Below, piece after piece: positions 40,679 through 52,100 of a stretch of DNA of 64,000 nt. This DNA is from an uncultured virus (IMG/VR IMGVR_UViG_3300042861_002374) (taxonomy: Varidnaviria > Bamfordvirae). The stretch lies in IMG/VR virus record IMGVR_UViG_3300042861_002374. One strand, written 5' to 3'. Within the stretch, counting starts at the first letter, position 1. The number at the start of each line of letters is the position of its first letter. Under the pieces are notes generated by a model. That model saw only the letters and a program-made list of their open reading frames with translations, made no database searches and was not told where the DNA came from. A program made the translations under genes and the position numbers.

Positions 40679-41692
40679 ACGCCACATAAACACGAAGACT
40701 TGAAAATAACTGCTGTTAGATACTACTTAAATAATAATGTAAGTTATGCTGAAACTTGTAGAATTTTTGACTGTCCTGAAAGAAGTCTTAAAAGATGGAT
40801 TGAGAGATATGAAGAGGAAGATCAAATTAAAAGACATAATAGAACACCAGTATCATACAAAATTACACAATCACAAATAGATTATGCGATTAGAAGATTA
40901 AGAGAAAATGAACAAATAACAATGTTAGAATTAACTAAAAAATTAGAAAATCAGTTTCCAGACTTTGATTTAACACCACAGCATTTAGGAAAAGTTATAA
41001 GAGACCATAATAAAACACGTAAGAGAACACGTAAAGAACATTTTCCAGAAGTTAGATATGGAAGACCAGTTGATAAACAAGCGGAACTAAATAGATTTTA
41101 TAGAAAAGTAGATGAATACATATTAAATAAAATTATATGTTTGGATGAGACATCTATTCAACTTGGTTTAGTTCCAGATTACAGTAGATGAGAATTAGGA
41201 AAACGTTGTGTATCAAAGTCAAATAACAATAATGTATTTAAGAAATATACACTACTTTCAGCTATTTCTTCAACTGGTATAGTAGGATATAAATTATATG
41301 AACAAGGTGGAATGACAACACAAAGATTTATAGAATTTTTAGATGAATTTATAGTAGATGAATACAGAAATCATTTGATTATAGTAGATAATGCCGGTGC
41401 ACATAGAAATGAAGATGTAAGAAGAACAATAAACGAAAGTAGAAATGAATTATTATACGCAATTCCATATACACCAAAAACAAATGCTATTGAAAATTGG
41501 TTTAGTCAGTTAAAACATTACTTGAAAAAAGATGGAGTATTAAATTATAGAGATTTACAGAGAAGTGCGATAAAAAGAATAAGACCAGAGCATTACTTGA
41601 ATTATTTCAGATTTGCGTATAGAAAAGCTGAATTAAGAACATATGATAAAAAGTTATCAACGAAACGTCGTAGTCCGAAGCTATATAAATAG
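40679..41692 (+). pseudogene. IS630/Tc1-mariner DD34E transposase, inactivated
   Basis: HTH, CLDETS, VDNAGAH-(34)-E in NAIENWFS; in-frame TGA at 41189-41191; ACG at the expected start (40679). Confidence 0.9.
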
Positions 41693-41754
41693 GTGTTTTT
41701 TCAAAACCGGCGTTTTAAATCTTCAAGCGTTTAAAATAATATTGGTAAATAAAA

Positions 41755-42630
41755 ATGACTAACAACCTTAGAATCATAAATGGCCTTTGTATTGTTGCAC
41801 ATGGTACATTTTGTGGAATATGGATTAAGAAAAAAATTGATAACTATATTATACCAGCTGATTTAAAAATTTATAGTACGAGTCTACAAAATATCAATGG
41901 ATATGTTAAAAATACTCTTATAGAAAAACCTAATTCTTTTTTTAAATCTGATTTAAGAGATTTATTAATATCATTTTTTGCAATTACATGCGCTGTACAT
42001 ACTTTTTACTTTGTCTCAAGTTTCGACAAAGTACCCTTAATAGGCGGAATATACAATAAAATGATACTTAATAAAAATAACTATATTAGGTGGATTGAGT
42101 ATTCAATTACTGCTACATTAATGATTAATATTATAGCAAGATCAGTTGGTGTTAACAATGAAGATACTTTGTTATTAACAAATTTAGCAACTGTAACAGT
42201 AATGTTACAGGGACAATCGACAGAACTTGCTTTACAAGAAAAACCTTCCAAAGAGAAGATAATAAAACTAATTACTTATAATCTAATTGGATGGGGTTTA
42301 TTAATGGGGGTATTTGGTATAATAATATCAAGATTTGAAAAAACGATAGAAGATATCAAAAAAGCAACTTGTGCTAATATTCCGAATTTTGTTAAATACG
42401 TTATATGGACTCAAGTAATATTTTACACTGCTTTTGGTATTTGGCAATTATATCAAATATTTAGCGTATACCAAAACCCTGATTATAATTATGAGAAGTT
42501 TGAAATAGGATATAATATGTTATCTCTCTTATCGAAAACAGTATTAGGAGCTATTCTTGGTTTTGGAATAGATCAATCTTCCAAGAGAGATGTAAATAAA
42601 CCATATCCAACCCATTGCGACGGTGTATAA
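41755..42630 (+). CDS. heliorhodopsin
   Basis: About 7 TM; YIRWIEYSITA (counterion Glu); YNMLSLLSK (retinal Lys); His in TM1 (AHG) and TM2 (AVHT). Confidence 0.88.
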   Translation: MTNNLRIINGLCIVAHGTFCGIWIKKKIDNYIIPADLKIYSTSLQNINGYVKNTLIEKPNSFFKSDLRDLLISFFAITCAVHTFYFVSSFDKVPLIGGIYNKMILNKNNYIRWIEYSITATLMINIIARSVGVNNEDTLLLTNLATVTVMLQGQSTELALQEKPSKEKIIKLITYNLIGWGLLMGVFGIIISRFEKTIEDIKKATCANIPNFVKYVIWTQVIFYTAFGIWQLYQIFSVYQNPDYNYEKFEIGYNMLSLLSKTVLGAILGFGIDQSSKRDVNKPYPTHCDGV

Positions 42631-42777
42631 AATAGTATATTATAAAAAAATGAGCTAAGTGTTTCAACCACGAAACACTTTTCATATACAATAAGACAAT
42701 TTTTTACATTTGTAAAATAAAAGTTAATAATGCTTTTATTTTTAATGTCAAAACAGAACACTGTCATTATTTTTTTA

Positions 42778-42910
42778 ATTCAAAAAAGTCGGAGTAGGAG
42801 AAAAAAATTCCAAAGGAAATTTTGTATAAATTTCAAAGATTATTATAAAAGAAATCAAAAAGGAAAATCATCCTCCGCCTTTTTGAAAATCCAGAGGAGC
42901 AAAAAAATAG
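42778..42910 (+). repeat. conserved inverted-repeat non-coding element, copy B
   Basis: ttcaaaaaagtcggagta...gaaattt-tgtat-aaatttc...tcctccgcctttttgaa. Confidence 0.8.
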
Positions 42911-43093
42911 TATTTTTTGAGTCGATCAAAATGGAAGTTCCTCATCTCTCTCAAGAATTTGAGATTTGATAAAAAATCGCAAATCTATACTTTTTAACAC
43001 TAAAAAATCTAAAAACTTGAATTAATTCTGCAATATTTTTATTTTTTCTGCAATATCATGATTTCAATTTAAAAATAACCTTTAAAATGATAA

Positions 43094-44038
43094 ATGGAAT
43101 GCGAATACTGCAAACAAATTTTGAAAACATCATCTTCTTTGAAACAGCATCAAAAAACAGCTAAGTACTGTCTTTCAAAACAAAATAAAGATTTGTCAAA
43201 TGATCACAAATGTGTCGCATGTGGAAAAGAATTCACTAGAAAATCTTCATTAGAAGATCATTTTAAAATATGTAAAGAGAACACTCCTGAAAAAGAAATT
43301 AGACGTGAATATGAATGCCGTGAAAAGGAAATTATACTTTCATACAACAAAAAATTATCCGAAAAAGATAATATTATAGAAGAACAAAAAAATACTATAA
43401 GAGTGTGGCAGGACGAATATAAAAATAAATTAGAAAAGCAAATTCTTGATTTAACAGATCGTATGCAGTCAATGGCGGAGAAGGCAATTACTAAACCATC
43501 AACCATCAATCAAAATACCACAAACCAGATAATAAATAATATGATGCCAATAACTGATGAACATTTACAAGAACACATTCATAATTTGAATCCTATTCAC
43601 GTACAAAATGGAGCGTCTGGATATGCCAAATACGCTCTTGATTTTCCTTTGAAAGATATGATAGTGTGTACAGATTTTCAAAGAAGAAATTGTAAGTATA
43701 AAGATGAAAATGGAAACGTGGTGTCTGATCCCGAAATGACTAAAATAACAAAACGTTTGTTCTCTGCTATCAAGGAACGAAACGAAAAATTGATAAACGA
43801 GTATTCTAATGAATTGCAAGCTAAGTGGAAAGCTATGAATTCTTCAGGAAATTCAGATATGGATGAGAAAGAAAGTTCTATTTTTTCTAATGACACAAAC
43901 GATGCTCTAGAATTTGCAATGGAAATTCTATCCCAAAAGAGACAAGCAAGTGAGATGGCCGATGGTATGAGACCAGATCTTTTTTATGGTTTTATCAGAG
44001 AGTTGGCAGCAGGATGTTATAGGTCGGAAATAAAATAA
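43094..44038 (+). CDS. C2HC zinc-finger / coiled-coil family protein
   Basis: CEYC...HQKTAKYC, CVAC...H...C, IVCTDFQRR domain; paralogue of 29167..30573. Confidence 0.8.
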   Translation: MECEYCKQILKTSSSLKQHQKTAKYCLSKQNKDLSNDHKCVACGKEFTRKSSLEDHFKICKENTPEKEIRREYECREKEIILSYNKKLSEKDNIIEEQKNTIRVWQDEYKNKLEKQILDLTDRMQSMAEKAITKPSTINQNTTNQIINNMMPITDEHLQEHIHNLNPIHVQNGASGYAKYALDFPLKDMIVCTDFQRRNCKYKDENGNVVSDPEMTKITKRLFSAIKERNEKLINEYSNELQAKWKAMNSSGNSDMDEKESSIFSNDTNDALEFAMEILSQKRQASEMADGMRPDLFYGFIRELAAGCYRSEIK

Positions 44039-44110
44039 GATGTTTTTTACACTTACAAGAGACAGAGTTGTATTGACATTTCATTTTCTAAAAAATTGAT
44101 ATATCAAATT

Positions 44111-44311
44111 TTAATTATAGTAGTTTCTTACATACCAATCGTTCAGACCTGTCACTTGACATATTATATGAAATGCTGCACCACAACAGAATGCTACTAC
44201 TGTGATCAAAAGATGAGTTTTTGGTACAAAAAACATAATTAAGTAAATCATAAGAGAGAGAACAATCCCGATGCAAAATGCTTCTAATAAAACATGTGAT
44301 ACAGTTTTCAT
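44111..44311 (-). CDS. small two-TM membrane protein
   Basis: Hydrophobic 66 aa ending GxxFHxxCxxTGLNxWY. Confidence 0.65.
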   Translation of the reverse strand: MKTVSHVLLEAFCIGIVLSLMIYLIMFFVPKTHLLITVVAFCCGAAFHIICQVTGLNDWYVRNYYN

Positions 44312-44338
44312 TTCTTTCTTTAAGGTAAAAATAATTTA

Positions 44339-45172
44339 TTATTTTATATTTCTTATGTAAGATCTGACTCCTAATTTGTCACTCATAAATATCAAACTTC
44401 TAGTGTTATTTGTATCATCATCAAAACGTGCTACTAAGGAGCATTCCCAAGAAGTCATATCTTTAATCTGATCCATAGCATTGTGATAATACGTGTAATC
44501 TATTTTAAAGTCTTTATCAACATTATATTGTAAAGTAGCTTTGTCTCTTCCCGGGTTATGCTTAATTAATTTTGGATCAGAACCAGAAAAATAATCAAAT
44601 AACGCTTGTACCTTACCTTTAGTACCTGGATAATAATCTGTATCTAAAATTAGATTTTGTCTTCCACCTCGTGAACCAGTTTGTATCGACATTCCAAGAA
44701 TATCAGGATATTGTGGACCGCTACCTTCAACTTGTTTCATACACTCTAATGCTTTTTCAAAATCCATCTTAATGAATTCTGTACATGATATATGTAATTC
44801 TCCCCAAGGATATGGATTTTGAATATACTTTTCTATATAGTTCTTTTCAGTAAATATTGGTGTAACAAAAATACCATATTTCCATTTACTATCCAAGTTT
44901 TTTATGACTTCATATGGATCTGGTTCATCTCCAAATAAGATAAAAGGTAATATGTTTCCAAAAGGTTGTTCCCATTGAGTTTGTGATGTTTCCAAATTTT
45001 CGTAGTAAAGTTTCTTATATTTTCTGCTCATATGTTTTTCCCAATGAGGAGGTAAAGGTATATCACCTTTCTGAAATGGTATACCCCATTGACTAACATG
45101 AGTATATTCATATTTTACATAATATTCTCTAGATGGATATTTAGTAGAAATTCTTTTTTTCCAATCACTCAT
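44339..45172 (-). CDS. double WW-domain protein
   Basis: LPPHWEKHMSRKYKKLYYENLETSQTQWEQP plus a degenerate N-terminal WW. Confidence 0.8.
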   Translation of the reverse strand: MSDWKKRISTKYPSREYYVKYEYTHVSQWGIPFQKGDIPLPPHWEKHMSRKYKKLYYENLETSQTQWEQPFGNILPFILFGDEPDPYEVIKNLDSKWKYGIFVTPIFTEKNYIEKYIQNPYPWGELHISCTEFIKMDFEKALECMKQVEGSGPQYPDILGMSIQTGSRGGRQNLILDTDYYPGTKGKVQALFDYFSGSDPKLIKHNPGRDKATLQYNVDKDFKIDYTYYHNAMDQIKDMTSWECSLVARFDDDTNNTRSLIFMSDKLGVRSYIRNIK

Positions 45173-45264
45173 TTTACAATATAGAATTATTTTTAATATA
45201 CATATAAAAATTATACATGTATATCAATTTAAATGTTTTATTTAATTTTTTAAGTTATAAGTAA

Positions 45265-48200
45265 ATGAATACAAAACTTATTTGTGATACTCTCAGAGAA
45301 ACTTATAATACGAATTTATTCGACTTAGATGAAAATAAAGTTATAGGGGAAGAATTCTCTAAAGTATCTAATATACATCGGGATACAAAAAAGGGTGATA
45401 AAATACTTATGGATCTTATATATAACCATTACAATGTTAAGAAACCTTTTCCCGCTTTCATAGGAGGACCGCAAACTCTTACGATGCATTGGAGTAATAA
45501 ATGGAAGAAAATTATATACATATTTGGAGAACACCATTCTAATACAATAGATTGTGAAAAAAGATTTGAAGAATCAAACCCCAAAAAATGGGTTTCTATT
45601 GAAAACTTTTTAGAAGAACTTATACTTAAAACTGATGTTTATTTAGATATTTACTTTGAATTTCCTGCAATTCAAAAAACAGAAAGAAGATATTACGATA
45701 TTTTTAAACCTTTTCCAACTGATTATAGACTCGATATACTTTTTAAAAGATTTAAGAAATACATACAACCAGGGACAAAAAATGGCGATGATTGTAGTAA
45801 ACTTGTAAGAGTTCATTATTTTGATTCTAGAGTTGAAGATTATGAAGGTAAAAGAGCTGGGGTCGGTGATGTCAATTGGTTTGAAGTAAAAACATTAGAA
45901 TTTACCCAATTGAATCTTCCTTATAGGATTAAAGAACTTTTAAAAGATACTAGATTTAACTCGGTATTAAAATCTTTATCATCAAAAGATGATGAACTTT
46001 TTATTGAGTTTTGGATGAAACAGTACAAAGAAAATAAATATAATGTGGAAGCATTATTAAATTGTCCAGTTGAAAAAGAAATTTTAAAATTTATAGAAGA
46101 TGAACTTAGGTTAGAATTGAAAACTGACAATTTTGTAAAGCTTAGATCTATGTTAATTAAATACATTCCTCATATTTTATCTGATACACTTGAAGATGAT
46201 AGCATTGTACCAATATTTGAGTTTATAATTCAAAGTATTACTGTTCCGAAAGCATTCATTGCAGATGTTTACACTCTTGCAAGCATATTTAAAGACGTTA
46301 CCGAACAACCGACTAAGAAAAACTCAATTATTATATACGGTGGAAATGCTCATTGTGAAATATACAGAAAATTTCTAAAAAGCCTTTCTTTTGAAGAGTT
46401 CATAATTGCAGGAAACCCGTCCGCGTCTGATGAAAAAGCTACATGTGTTGATATGAAAAAATTAGATAAACCTTTTTTTTCGGACTGGTCTCTCATAGCT
46501 GATCCTACTCATCATAAATCATTATATCTGCAAGAAATTTCAGAAAGTAAAACCTATACTGATTATGTTAACAATTTAATATCTTATTTACAAAGAAAAC
46601 CTGAATTAACTGATCTATGGATGGTAATTGGTGCAACTAACAACAATAGTTCTGATTTATCTAGATTTCATCAGGAATATGATATAACTATATCAGGTTT
46701 TGAAAAAGTAAATATTAATGAACCAAATTTATTATCATTATATTCAAATGATGAACATCTCAAAAAATTTACAAAAGATACATTATACAAAGAATTAGGA
46801 TCAAGAAATATTTATGAACTACTAGTTAATTCGTTAACAATAAAAGAAAGATTTTCAAAAATAATATATGATTTGTCTACTACTAAAGATATATTAGACA
46901 ATGATCAGATATTTAATGAATTAGTTGTAATAAAAGATTTAATCGCATTAAATGGAAAATTGTATATTGATAATTTTAGACAAAATGTAACAAAATTTAT
47001 TTATCTTAAAAAAGAAGGTTACAATGGTAATTATTATCTCAAAGACGAACGCGATACTGTGACTCCAAAAACACTTAACAAATATGTTGGATACAATACG
47101 GGAATAACTATAAAAGTTTATGAACATCCGTTCCCCACTTTTTGTAATCCTGAGGTCTTATTTACATATATGAATGATGATGGTTCTATACCTAGTACAA
47201 TAATAGACGAACATATACTCAATATAGAACATTATCATTATATAGAAAAAACTATACATCATACTGAAACTATGCGTAGATTGAGTATTATATTTCCTTT
47301 TCCACAGCATAAAATAGATTATATAGAAAATGGAAAATATCCAAATAATCCTAGTATACTTATTACCGAGTTTTATTTAATTACAAAAAAATTAGAAAAA
47401 CCTTTGAAAGCGGCTGACTTTGGTTGTACACTTCCGAGAGCTGATAAAATTCATGAAGGCGAAGAAGGGAAGCGACAGCTCATATTGCTTGATACTCTGA
47501 AAAAATTCGAAGAAGCAAGTGCAGATGATTTCCGATACCATCGTCTAGCGTTTGATAACCTTGCTCGCTGGTCTGCAGATGTTAAGAAATCACGAGGAAA
47601 TTGTGTTGTTATGGTGCTGCCTGGAGACTGGGGTAATGTGACGCATGATCTGACCAAGAAATACGGTGTCTGTTTTGCATCGCTTAACATGGCAAATGCG
47701 TACGGACCAGGTGGTGGATATACGGACGGGATGATTGCACAGGAAGAAAATATGTTCAGACGCACCGATTGTCATTTTGCCCTTGTACGTAAGACCTTTA
47801 TGAAATCGGATGGATCTGAAAGCTACACAGATGAGCACTCTGACCTTCTAAACGGTGTACATGGCCGAGTATACCTCGATATTGAAAATCCAAGAATCTG
47901 TATCCGTGGGCAAGAGGATAAAAAAGCTCTTGATCTTGGGTATAAATTGCTTGCTGATGAAGAGGTATTTGCTTTCTACGAGCTGCGAGCAGCAGCTGTA
48001 GATCTGCGCTCAGGAGAACCATACGATCATAAAGAGACGTGTAAACGTGTAGCGGCACAGCTAGATACTCTTATAGAAGCTGGAGTACGCCATGTGGTTC
48101 TATCAGCCTTTGGATGCGGAGCATTTATGAATCCTGCAAATAAAGTCGCATCTGCATACCACGAAGCTCTCAAGGAAAGGCACATGCATTTTGACGTAGT

Positions 48201-48279
48201 CGCTTTTGCGATATTCAGTGCAGGTTACGGACCAAATAACTTTAAACCTTTTGAGATCGAGTTTGCAAACTGGAAATAA
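45265..48279 (+). CDS. multi-domain protein with C-terminal bacterial-type PARG (DUF2263/TIGR02452-like) macrodomain
   Basis: LNMANAYGPGGGYTDGMIAQEENMFRRT (GGG-x7-QEE), VLSAFGCGAFMNP; N-terminal domain with GEHH...GGNAH. Confidence 0.85.
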   Translation: MNTKLICDTLRETYNTNLFDLDENKVIGEEFSKVSNIHRDTKKGDKILMDLIYNHYNVKKPFPAFIGGPQTLTMHWSNKWKKIIYIFGEHHSNTIDCEKRFEESNPKKWVSIENFLEELILKTDVYLDIYFEFPAIQKTERRYYDIFKPFPTDYRLDILFKRFKKYIQPGTKNGDDCSKLVRVHYFDSRVEDYEGKRAGVGDVNWFEVKTLEFTQLNLPYRIKELLKDTRFNSVLKSLSSKDDELFIEFWMKQYKENKYNVEALLNCPVEKEILKFIEDELRLELKTDNFVKLRSMLIKYIPHILSDTLEDDSIVPIFEFIIQSITVPKAFIADVYTLASIFKDVTEQPTKKNSIIIYGGNAHCEIYRKFLKSLSFEEFIIAGNPSASDEKATCVDMKKLDKPFFSDWSLIADPTHHKSLYLQEISESKTYTDYVNNLISYLQRKPELTDLWMVIGATNNNSSDLSRFHQEYDITISGFEKVNINEPNLLSLYSNDEHLKKFTKDTLYKELGSRNIYELLVNSLTIKERFSKIIYDLSTTKDILDNDQIFNELVVIKDLIALNGKLYIDNFRQNVTKFIYLKKEGYNGNYYLKDERDTVTPKTLNKYVGYNTGITIKVYEHPFPTFCNPEVLFTYMNDDGSIPSTIIDEHILNIEHYHYIEKTIHHTETMRRLSIIFPFPQHKIDYIENGKYPNNPSILITEFYLITKKLEKPLKAADFGCTLPRADKIHEGEEGKRQLILLDTLKKFEEASADDFRYHRLAFDNLARWSADVKKSRGNCVVMVLPGDWGNVTHDLTKKYGVCFASLNMANAYGPGGGYTDGMIAQEENMFRRTDCHFALVRKTFMKSDGSESYTDEHSDLLNGVHGRVYLDIENPRICIRGQEDKKALDLGYKLLADEEVFAFYELRAAAVDLRSGEPYDHKETCKRVAAQLDTLIEAGVRHVVLSAFGCGAFMNPANKVASAYHEALKERHMHFDVVAFAIFSAGYGPNNFKPFEIEFANWK

Positions 48280-48408
48280 ATTAATTAAAAGTAAAAACAC
48301 AAGTATATGAATTTGTTATAGAAAAGTTTTTTAACACTTTTATAATAACTCTAAATCAGTAGAAATTTTTATTAAATAATTGTCTAAAGTTAATTTTTCT
48401 ATAGACAA

Positions 48409-48696
48409 ATGTCAGTAAATCTTAATTCGAATAAGACTTTATTTGTATTTTATACACTTTCTTCAACAAGATGTTTTTGGACTTATAAAACTTTTCCAAA
48501 TGGGTGGGAGTGGGTTGGTAGTGGAAGAACATCTCCAATTGGTTCTAAAAAAGATACAAAATATACACATGAAGAACAGTTCTCAGGACCTGGTGAAAAC
48601 AAAGAAGAAATGAAGAAATTTTTAGAAGATACATTTAAAAAATTAAAGGAAGAAAATTCGATTGATTGTTTTAAGATTAAACAAACTTATGCTTGA
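48409..48696 (+). CDS. hypothetical protein
   Basis: 95-aa ATG ORF. Confidence 0.55.
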   Translation: MSVNLNSNKTLFVFYTLSSTRCFWTYKTFPNGWEWVGSGRTSPIGSKKDTKYTHEEQFSGPGENKEEMKKFLEDTFKKLKEENSIDCFKIKQTYA

Positions 48697-49162
48697 AATT
48701 GTAGTAAAATAAAATTGTTCTTAATTTTATTTTCTTATAAAATATACACTGAGCAAATGGTACTAAATTTTGCGAATAACTTTACATAACAATCAGTTTC
48801 GGTAACTCTTATGGTGCATTAAGTGTAAGACCAAATTTTGTGGAAAGATTTTTCTATAAAAACTTTACAGCTGTTTCATTGAGTGCAAAATCATACATTT
48901 GTATATCAGCAATGTAGATGTTTGCTCCATACTGTCCGTCCCGTACACTACCGTCGGAACCAATTGCATGTTCAGAACTAGACGCAGAACCGGATCCAGT
49001 ACCTCTTTCGGATGCATAATCATTAATTTTGGTTGTATGTAATTTTCTGAACATTTATTTACTCTTGATTTTGTATCGGTAAGAGATTTATCAAACTTTA
49101 GTAGTTAACTTTGGAAGTGTTTGTATCAAGTTGTTATTAGAAAAAACAGGATCTAAAAAAAC

Positions 49163-52100
49163 TCAGACAGGTGTATCTAATGTGACTCCAAATTTATTTT
49201 TTAGCAATAATGTCAATGCAGCAACTTCAGTTGAACTTAACACACCCTCATAGTATCTGAAATCTGCAATGAGATAATCTTTACATCTGTTTCTCCAGTC
49301 TCCAATTCTACCACCAAATTGCATATATGGTGGTGCTGCGGTAGTACCCCAATAGGGATCTCCCGTACCAAAAGCATAACTATTCATAGGAACTCCGTTT
49401 ACGTATATTTTCAACGGGTTAGCTCCTGCGTATGTAACGCATATATGAACCCATTTTGAGGTACACGAGTACTTTTGTAGACTACTTGTGAGAGTATAAT
49501 TGCTATTGACGCCTGAGTAATTGCCATTATTATTAATAAAAAGAGCGTTGCCATCAAGACCACTGGCATTCGCTTCACCAGCCTGTATATTCAAACCACC
49601 GCTTGTTACTATATATTTTCCAATACCGTTCCCATCTCCGCTATTCCAAGCCAAAAGACTCATAGTATAATGTTTGCTTACATGTAAGTAACCAGATGAA
49701 GCTGGCGCTGGTGGAGAAGTAACTACATAATAGGGGCTAATAAACTTCATCACTAGACCTGTAAACCCATAGTCGTTAGACCCGCTAGAAATACACCCTA
49801 GACCTGTTGTTACCCCAGTTGGAGATGTCACAAACTTCGCGGCAGGTACTGAAGGATTAGATCGAACAGCGTTGTTACCACCTATCAAATCTAACCAAGT
49901 AGGAATATCCTGATTATTAGAGGGTATCGGTCCGTTTAAGGGATTAGAGCCATCGAGCCATATTTTAGGAGTTACAGTATCACCGACTTGAGCTGCGTAA
50001 AAAGTTTTAGAGATTAAGATACCTGCATTTGGATTTTCGGTAGTTCCAAGAAGTCCTGTTCCTTCACCGCTTCTTATAAAAACAACAAAGAAAGCATCAC
50101 CACGAATCGATGGATTTGAATTAAAAGATAGTATAGAAGTCTGTGGATTATAGGATGTAACATCACAATTAAATATTGTACTTCCTGGAGTCCAATAAGG
50201 AAAAGGTGTATCAGATCTAACTAAATGTACATTAAAATCATCTTTTGTGTTTGTACTTGTGTTTCCACCAATTATTTTTATTGTACAGGCTGTTACATCA
50301 TAATACTTCAGAGTATCACCAGTAATTACAGGTATACCAAGGCTTGTTGGCCAGGAGTATAAATTAGTAGCTGGAGTAATAGAAAAGATTCTATTTGTAA
50401 GAATAGCGTTTGCTCCATGTGTACCAGCAACTATAGGCATAGTTCCTTCTCTGCCTAAAATTGCTGTTCCACAAGTAGCAACCATTGTAGTCCAAGAACC
50501 TGTTGCTCCTGTATTGCTAACTTCGAGTATAAATGCTCCTCCACGTACATTACAGTACATATATGAAGGGAAACGAAGAGCTCCTATAGTACCTGTTACA
50601 TCTAATTTTATTGTGATATAAGCCGAATCATTTGTAAATGTTACAAAAGGCATTTCATTTTCTGCGATATTTGATTTCGTATATCGAGTGTAGGCTGTGT
50701 CAGTCCAGTCTGGCTTGCTACAGAATAAAGCGTCTCTTCCAAAATTTCCTTTTATTGTTTCTGTACTAGAATTATTGTACAGACTATTACCCCATTGTTG
50801 TATGTAATTAGTTGAATATGTACCGTATGTGTCTTCATTCGCTGTAGTAATATCACGGAATAATCCGAGTTTCCAGAACCAAGCTGTTGTATCATTTCCA
50901 AAAGCTCCCAAGAACCCTGAAGTCGCTCTAAATCTCCAATATTTATACGTTATAATTGGCGTCGAGACAACATTTGATGGAAGAACTTGAGGAATCATAT
51001 AGTTAACATAACCTTGATTTACTATCCATGGCATGACAGTCAACATCATTTCTGATGGAAGAACAGCAGAAGTAGTTTGCCAGTTGCTAGGCGTGAAACC
51101 AGTTTGTTTATGATCACAAAAATAAGAGTGTGAATATGGATGTCGAGCATAATAGCGACTATAAGTTGTAAAAGTTGTAACACGATCTGAAGTATAGTAC
51201 GGTGTTCCAGATCCTACAGCTCCTAAACCATAATATCTATATGCGGTAGCATTTACTACGTTAATAGTGCATAACATAGGTCTTGAAGATGGTTCTGTTA
51301 ACATGTACCACGGTGAACTAATATTTGTAGATGCAGTAACTGTAGAAACCGTATCAAAATTATCAGCAAATACCCATGCGTAAGAGCCTCCTTTAGATCG
51401 TCTATTATATTTTACGTGAAATACATCTTCTACAGTGTTTGCTCCAGGCGACGCACCAGTAACACTCCATTCAGTAGGAATACGAATAAAATTTATACCA
51501 TCATTCGATCCTACAATTTCCATCTTTGTCCACTCAGTATTCCATCCAGGATAACTTGTGTATAATATAAAAGATGTAAGAATTTTGGCTGTTTGGAAGT
51601 CCCAATAATATCTACAATGATATTGTGGTGCGTCTCCTCCTGGTATTCCTGATGGATATACTAATCCAGGAATACCTGAACCAAATGGAGTTAGACCAGT
51701 CGTGCTTGTTGTTACAAGAGATGTTTTAATATTTACAGTGTTAACAGGTGTTCCTGTGATAGTAGTTTGCCAGGTCGGAATCTGTGGAACTGGTGAAGTA
51801 CCTGTAAGAAACGGAATATTAGTGTCCGTATACACAGCGTGAAATCTTTTCCATGTTGTTCCAGCATCGATGTTTGCTAGTAATACATTTTTAAAGTTAG
51901 AAGAAAAATCTGACAAACTAGAAGTATTGCTTTTAGCAAAAGTTTGTATAGTTGTGTAAGATGTAGTAAAATTTGATATGTTAAACTGAGAATTGTATAA
52001 CAACAAAGATCCTATTCCAGAAGGAGACTCAGTTATCATTGCATATATATAGAAAGTAGTCAAAAATGTAGGAAGATTTAATACCAAAGATAAAACTCCT

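Larger units (their letters stand above)
38209..41731. mobile_element. Tc1/mariner-IS630 transposon carrying Fanzor1
   Basis: 29-bp TIRs at 38209-38237 and 41703-41731 (2 mismatches); TA at 38207-8 and 41732-3; DD34E transposase inside. Confidence 0.93.

Noticed and set aside
41189..41191. TGA reassignment or readthrough in the transposase
   Set aside because: TGA ends other genes normally (Fanzor1, SOD, helicase), and the start also appears mutated, so pseudogenisation is simpler
41755..42630. Heliorhodopsin as transposon cargo
   Set aside because: It lies outside the right TIR and TA
42730..42969. Small ORFs over the conserved element (also 30687..30884)
   Set aside because: The two copies are open in different frames with no protein similarity; conservation is at the nucleotide level
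48854..49054. 66-aa ORF downstream of the giant gene
   Set aside because: Resembles a LamG tail fragment (IADIQMYD); probably a remnant, too weak to call
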